Assembly (NCBI GenBank): GCA_035531715.1
Contig: DATKSI010000031.1
Location: forward strand, 9,673 to 73,672
DNA from: Candidatus Micrarchaeaceae archaeon
GTDB lineage: Bacteria; Chloroflexota; Dormibacteria; Aeolococcales; Bog-877
DNA: 64,000 nucleotides
Direction: 5' to 3'
This document shows, one piece after another, positions 59,364 through 64,000 of this stretch. Both the position numbers and the translations under genes were made by a program. Position 1 is the first letter of the stretch, and every line of letters begins with the position of its first letter. The notes beneath the pieces were generated by a model that had not been told where the DNA came from, ran no database searches, and worked only from the letters and a program-made list of their open reading frames with translations.

Positions 59364-59726
59364 ATGGCTACGGTCAACCTGACGAAGGCGAACTTCGAAG
59401 ATGTGGTCAGCGGCGGCACGGTGCTGGTGGACTTTTGGGCGTCATGGTGTGGGCCGTGCCGAATGTTCGCACCGGTCTTTGAGGCGTCTTCCGAGGAGCA
59501 CGCCGATCTGGTCTTCGCCAAGGTCGATACCGAGGCCGAGACGGAGCTGGCCAGAGAGTTCGGGATCATGTCTATCCCCACGTTGATGGTCTTTCGGGAC
59601 CAGGTGCTGATCTACTCCCAGCCCGGGGCACTGCCCCGAGAGTCACTCGAGGAGCTAATCGGAAAGGTTCAGGCCCTGGACATGGCTGAGGTGCAGCGGC
59701 AGATCGTCGCCCAGGAGGCGCGCTAA
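59364..59726 (+). CDS. trxA: thioredoxin
   Basis: WCGPC active site (DFWASWCGPCRMFAP). 120 aa. Confidence 0.9.
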   Translation: MATVNLTKANFEDVVSGGTVLVDFWASWCGPCRMFAPVFEASSEEHADLVFAKVDTEAETELAREFGIMSIPTLMVFRDQVLIYSQPGALPRESLEELIGKVQALDMAEVQRQIVAQEAR

Positions 59727-59772
59727 CGCGAAGAGTCCTGGCCAACCTCTGATGGTCAGGGTGGGCCAGGCG

Positions 59773-60444
59773 TCAACCTGGCCAGCGAGCGACGCCCCTG
59801 GTAAACCACGACCATGGGCGGGGCCCCTTGGCATATCGATGCTCGATTTGCTCGATCCGGAATCCCGCCTCTTCGATGAGCTTCGGCATGTCCCGGGTCA
59901 GGTGGCACCCGTCGGCAAGTCTGCCCTGGATTGGATCGAGGCGGCGCTGCCAGGCAGCCACTCTCGGGTCCGGTGCCAGGCCATGTTCGAGGAAGTGAAA
60001 GTGACCACCCGGACGAAGTACCCGCCCCAATTCCGCCAGGACTCGATGGGCGTCGGGCACGGTGCACAGGGTGAACGTGGACAGGGCAGAGTCGCAGCTA
60101 CCGGCGTCGAGGTCAAGCGCCTGGGCGTCGGCCCCGATGTACTTGACCGCCAAGCGTGAGGCGGTGATCCGGCGGCCGGCCAGGTGGCGCGCCACCCGGG
60201 AGGGGTCCACGGCAAGGACGACATCAACCGTGGCTGGGTAATGCTCGAGGTTGAGCCCGGAGCCGAAGCCAATCTCAACCACTCGGCCGTGCAGCCCGGC
60301 GGTTACCCCGGGCCGCCAGCTATCTATCGAGCGGATGCCGCAGGCTCGCTCCACGAGCCTGGGGACAACCTGCTCCCGATAGAACCCCACCCCGGTACCG
60401 TAGCGCCAGTTAGGGCTGGGTGTTCGGCCGCCCGCCGCGCGCAA
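59773..60444 (-). CDS. class I SAM-dependent methyltransferase
   Basis: Motif I VVEIGFGSGLNLEHY, post-I VLAVDPS. Confidence 0.75.
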   Translation of the reverse strand: MRAAGGRTPSPNWRYGTGVGFYREQVVPRLVERACGIRSIDSWRPGVTAGLHGRVVEIGFGSGLNLEHYPATVDVVLAVDPSRVARHLAGRRITASRLAVKYIGADAQALDLDAGSCDSALSTFTLCTVPDAHRVLAELGRVLRPGGHFHFLEHGLAPDPRVAAWQRRLDPIQGRLADGCHLTRDMPKLIEEAGFRIEQIEHRYAKGPRPWSWFTRGVARWPG

Positions 60445-61106
60445 TTGAGCCCGGCATGGCGATCGGCGTCCAGGATCTCGCCTGGCAGGAGCCTACCTCA
60501 GGCGGAGCCCGGGGCTGCCGCGGTGGGGCGCCGCGGCTCGCCCTGCACGACCGCGCATCCCTTTGAGGGTCTGGTAGTGGAGATCTCGCAGAGCGCCAGC
60601 CGGCGGCCGAGCCCCCTGCTGGTGATCCCGCCCTGGATCAGCCCCCGGTTGTCGCGATCCCGGCGCCACTTGCCGGCGCACGGGCCCCTAAGCGCCGCCG
60701 TGGCGCGGAGAGACGGTCACGGGCCACGGTTGCGCCGTCGGCCGGAGGATCGGGTAGTGCAGAGGTGGTCCTACCCGTTCGACTCCTTGGCGTTCAGAGG
60801 TCACGCCTCCCGGTTCGCTTGCAGCCCGGGGCCCAACCCCACCAACATGGAACGATCGCAGGAGGAACCCAGCTTGGCCAAGAACGATGCGATGGTGGCC
60901 GCCGATTCGCCAGAGCCTCGCTCCGCTCCGAAACCTAGACCCTGACTGGGGTGGAAGGTGACCGGACGACTCCGTCCGACGATCAACCGGCTGCTCGTCG
61001 ACACCCCTGGGCCGGCCGATTGCGACGCGCCGAGCGAAGGGCCAGTGAGCGACTCCGCGTGCCTCAGCCCCTGATCAAGTCGCGAATCCCCTCAGGTCGA
61101 GGTGCG

Positions 61107-62402
61107 ATGGAGCAGCCGAACGCAACTGGCGACGGAGAGGCGCCACTCACTCCGGTGTTCTGGGCGATGGTGGCGCTGACGGGAGTGGCTACCGGCCTAT
61201 TCGGCGACCTCCTGATGGTGATCCTCTTCAGCGTGCAGCACTTCGCCTTCGGCTACCACAGCGGTAGCTTGCAGGCCGCCGCGGAACGAGACTCCGGACT
61301 GCACCGGGTGATCGTGCTCTGCGCGGCCGGCGTCATTGGCGGAGTCGCCTGGTACCTGCTGCGCCGCTTCACCCCCGGAGAGCGCGCGGAGGTCGACGAC
61401 GCAGTCTGGCGGGGGGACCCGCTGTCGACCCGCCGGAGTCTCGCTTCCTCAGTAATCTCCGAAGTGGTTATCGGCATGGGTGCCTCGATCGGACGCGAGG
61501 CGGCACCGAAACTGATGGGGGGGGTTTCGGGAAGCGTGCTCGCGAGCTGGGCCAGGCTGTCCCCGGGCCAGCGCCGACTGCTCATCGCCTGCGGCGGAGG
61601 CGCCGGGCTCGCCGCGGTTTACAACGTGCCGCTGGGAGGCGCACTTTTCACGGCGGAGGTCCTCTGCGGCAGCCTGGCCCTTCCGGTGGTACTCCCTGCC
61701 CTATTCTGTTCGGCGGTCGCGACTGGCACCGCCTGGCTGTACCTGCCCGAACACGCCACCTATATCGACATTCCCGCGTATCGCTTCACGGTCCCGCTCC
61801 TGGTTTGGGCTATCCTCGCCGGGCCGGTACTCGGTCTGCTCTCCTCAGGCTATATCCGGGTCATCGCCTGGGCATCGCATCACACGGTGCGGGGCCAGCG
61901 GGCCCTCTTCGCCCCCTTGATCGCCTTCGGCGCTCTGGGCCTGATCGGCATCGCCTACCCCCAGCTGTTTGGCAACGGCAAGGACATGGCCCACATGGTC
62001 TTTATCGGCAGCGGGAGCATCGCCCTGTTGAGTGCGCTGTTCGTGCTCAAACCGGTGGTGACCGCTCTGTGCCTTGGCAGCGGGGCATCGGGCGGGCTGT
62101 TCACCCCGACCCTCAGCACCGGTGCCGTCCTGGGTGGACTGCTCGGACTAGCTTGGTCGATTGCGTGGCCCGGCTCCCCGATGGGCGCCTATGCGATGGT
62201 CGGCGCAGCCGCAGTGCTGGGGGCCTCGATGCAGGCGCCTCTCGCCGCGCTGGTCTTGGTCATCGAACTCACCCACAGCGGTTTTGGGATCATGGTCCCC
62301 CTCCTGGTGGCCACCGTGATTGCGACCGCCCTGGCCCGGCATATCGACGGCTACTCGATCTACTCCGGCCGACTGGAGGCGTCCGGTGAGCTGACGACCT
62401 GA
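61107..62402 (+). CDS. ClC family voltage-gated chloride channel / H+:Cl- (or F-) antiporter
   Basis: ATG at 61107 (MEQPNATGD…). ClC selectivity-filter-like motifs GASIGREAAP and GLFTP, with many TM helices. Confidence 0.85.
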   Translation: MEQPNATGDGEAPLTPVFWAMVALTGVATGLFGDLLMVILFSVQHFAFGYHSGSLQAAAERDSGLHRVIVLCAAGVIGGVAWYLLRRFTPGERAEVDDAVWRGDPLSTRRSLASSVISEVVIGMGASIGREAAPKLMGGVSGSVLASWARLSPGQRRLLIACGGGAGLAAVYNVPLGGALFTAEVLCGSLALPVVLPALFCSAVATGTAWLYLPEHATYIDIPAYRFTVPLLVWAILAGPVLGLLSSGYIRVIAWASHHTVRGQRALFAPLIAFGALGLIGIAYPQLFGNGKDMAHMVFIGSGSIALLSALFVLKPVVTALCLGSGASGGLFTPTLSTGAVLGGLLGLAWSIAWPGSPMGAYAMVGAAAVLGASMQAPLAALVLVIELTHSGFGIMVPLLVATVIATALARHIDGYSIYSGRLEASGELTT

Positions 62403-62717
62403 GATCGGGAGCACTCGACTCGGTCGGGTGGGGCCGAGCGGGAGCCGGCAGCCGGGGCCACCGGTACTCGAAGTGGAAGGCGCGGCCGGCAGGGGAAACT
62501 CGTAACCCGACCTGCATCCGGGCCGTTCGGAAATTCCGTGGCCCTGAAACCGACGCGGACCGAGGCTGTGGACAACCGGACCAAGCCCGGACCGAGCGAA
62601 AGCAGAGCCTAATCGTTGGCCGAGAACCGAATTCCTCGGCTTCGTCTGGTTCAGGGCGCCCTCTTCACCAGGGGTTCACTCAGGTCGCGGCCTGGAGGCG
62701 CCCCTCAAGGACCGAGG

Positions 62718-64000
62718 ATGGCGCCGCGGCCGACGCCCGGAGGGTGGACCCGGCGGGGCTGGGTACGGCGGGGGGCCGTCGCGGGACTGGTCGGGGTGCT
62801 CGCCGCCTGCGCCGGTATTGGCTCGGGAATGATCGTGCTGGCGGCGTTCCAGACCGGACTTCCCAGCGTGACCGCCTTGCCCCAACTCAGGCCGCCTCGC
62901 AACAGCGAGCTACTCGCCCGAGACGGGACGCTGCTCGCGGTCTTGCATGAGCCGGGAGCCCAGCATATCCACCTGGCATTGAGCCAGGTGAGCCCACTCC
63001 TGGTCGAGGCCACCATCGCCGTCGAGGACCGACATTTTTATCAGGACATCGCTGCCGCGGACCTGCCCCGGATCGTTGAAGCGGCGATCGTGGATCTGGA
63101 GCACCACGCCAGCGTCCAGGGCGCCAGCACCATCCCCGAGCAGTTGGCCAAGATCTCATTCCTCACCTCCCAGAAGACGATCACCCGGAAGATTCGAGAG
63201 TTCCTGCTGGGATACGAAATAGCCAAGGTCTTCAAACCCAATACCATCCTTCAGCTGTACCTCAACCGGATCAACTATGGGAACCAGGCGATCGGGATCG
63301 GCAGCGCTGCCGAACTGTATTTCCACATCCCGGCCAGCCACCTGGATTTGGCCCAGGCCAGCATGTTGGCGGGGATACCGGACGCCCCCACCGCTTATGA
63401 CCCCGTCCTTTACCAGGGACAAACCGGTCCCGCCAACCTCGCCAAGGACCGCCAGCAGGTGGTGCTCGAGGCGATGGTACGGAGCGGTGACATTTCGCCG
63501 GCGGAGGCGAACGTCGCCTTCAAGCAACCGCTGGTCGCGTATTCCTGGCAGGCCAGCTCGACAGTCCAAGACCCCAACTTCGTCCAGTTCGCCGAGGGCC
63601 AGCTCCAGGCTCGGTTCGGCGACGCCTACCTGAACCCTGGAGGTTGGAAGATCTTCACCTCACTCGACCCCACCGATCAGGCGCTCGCCACCAGCGACAT
63701 TCAGAACCCGACTGTTGACGCGCGACTTCTTCGCGAATTCAACATTGGTGATGCATCGCTGCTTTCCCTGAACCCCCGAAACGGCGAAGTCCTAGCCATG
63801 GTGGGTACGACGAACTACCAGGGAAAATGGGGTGACATCAACATGACGACAACTCCCAGACGCCCGGGCTCGTCATTCAAGATCTACACGTATTCCGCGG
63901 CAATAGCCTCAGGCAAGTTCACCATGACCACGCCCATCTTGAACGAGCCAATCGACATCGGCGGCTACTCTCCGGTCAACTACTCCAGAACGTACACTGG
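62718..64000 (+). CDS. class A penicillin-binding protein (PBP1A-type transglycosylase/transpeptidase), 3-prime partial
   Basis: ATG at 62718. N-terminal TM helix, GT51 motifs EDRHFYQ and RKIREF, then the transpeptidase SSFK motif. Runs off the right window edge, so it is not in the ORF track. Confidence 0.85.
   Translation, partial: MAPRPTPGGWTRRGWVRRGAVAGLVGVLAACAGIGSGMIVLAAFQTGLPSVTALPQLRPPRNSELLARDGTLLAVLHEPGAQHIHLALSQVSPLLVEATIAVEDRHFYQDIAAADLPRIVEAAIVDLEHHASVQGASTIPEQLAKISFLTSQKTITRKIREFLLGYEIAKVFKPNTILQLYLNRINYGNQAIGIGSAAELYFHIPASHLDLAQASMLAGIPDAPTAYDPVLYQGQTGPANLAKDRQQVVLEAMVRSGDISPAEANVAFKQPLVAYSWQASSTVQDPNFVQFAEGQLQARFGDAYLNPGGWKIFTSLDPTDQALATSDIQNPTVDARLLREFNIGDASLLSLNPRNGEVLAMVGTTNYQGKWGDINMTTTPRRPGSSFKIYTYSAAIASGKFTMTTPILNEPIDIGGYSPVNYSRTYT

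Noticed and set aside
60745-60800. tRNA-like T-loop sequence (GTTCGACTCC) within the long leader upstream of the ClC gene
   Set aside because: No complementary T-stem, no acceptor stem, no D-arm. Not a tRNA.
60900-61106. Possible fluoride (crcB-motif) riboswitch upstream of the ClC channel gene
   Set aside because: A GCGAUGGUGG…UCGCC stem resembles the P1 region. But the loop is far too long, the AAAC linker is absent, and the 3-prime GAUGnnnnCUAC pseudoknot segment is absent. Channel subtype (ClC-F versus ClC) is also undetermined.
1-64000. CRISPR arrays, integrases, transposases, tRNA/rRNA genes, prophage structural genes
   Set aside because: None recognised anywhere in the window. The only direct or inverted repeat families seen are the three 14-bp CsoR-type palindromes.

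Overview
High-GC (about 70%) actinobacterial-type chromosomal segment with dense, mostly intact coding sequence on both strands. No rRNA, tRNA, CRISPR array, integrase or transposase was recognised. Read from the start, the window contains: a proline catabolism pair (proline dehydrogenase plus P5C dehydrogenase, partial at the left edge), an aldo/keto reductase and a GNAT acetyltransferase. Next come a ketopantoate reductase translationally coupled to an AMP-dependent ligase, an FAH-family hydrolase, and a branched-chain amino acid ABC transporter (SBP, LivH, a fused LivM-LivG, LivF). These are followed by a dienelactone hydrolase plus a small conserved ORF, ProC, an F420/LLM-type oxidoreductase, an HEXXH protein, an AIM24 protein next to an NCS1 permease, DUF885, thiolase, a membrane-anchored amidase, a RibD_C-like reductase and MsrB. 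The centre of the window holds a large SARP/AfsR-type STAND regulator next to a six-gene partner-switching operon: PP2C phosphatase, RsbW-like kinase, two tandem STAS antagonists, a DUF protein and a CrtI-like FAD oxidoreductase. No sigma factor gene is present in that operon. After it lies a canonical ClpP divergent from an XRE regulator co-transcribed with a catalytically dead ClpP paralog. Further on are Qor, a flippase-like membrane protein, Crp/Fnr, PFK and a UspA. Then comes a DevS/DevR-like two-component system followed by a degenerate histidine kinase that has no sensor domain and lacks the phospho-accepting His. The right-hand end holds a Fur-family-regulated metal ABC uptake operon (SBP, ATPase, two permeases, regulator) with a Fur-type box, and a PIG-L deacetylase. 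It also holds a CsoR/CstR-like repressor regulon (CsoR-DUF302, rhodanese, thioredoxin) marked by three copies of a TACCCCNTAGGGTA palindrome. The window closes with a ClC channel and the start of a class A PBP. Several ORF-poor or lower-GC stretches (17.1-17.9 kb, 37.7-38.6 kb, 40.8-41.8 kb, 46.0-47.0 kb, 57.6-58.0 kb) contain only gene remnants. All functional calls rest on motif and family recognition by eye from the translations. No database search was run.
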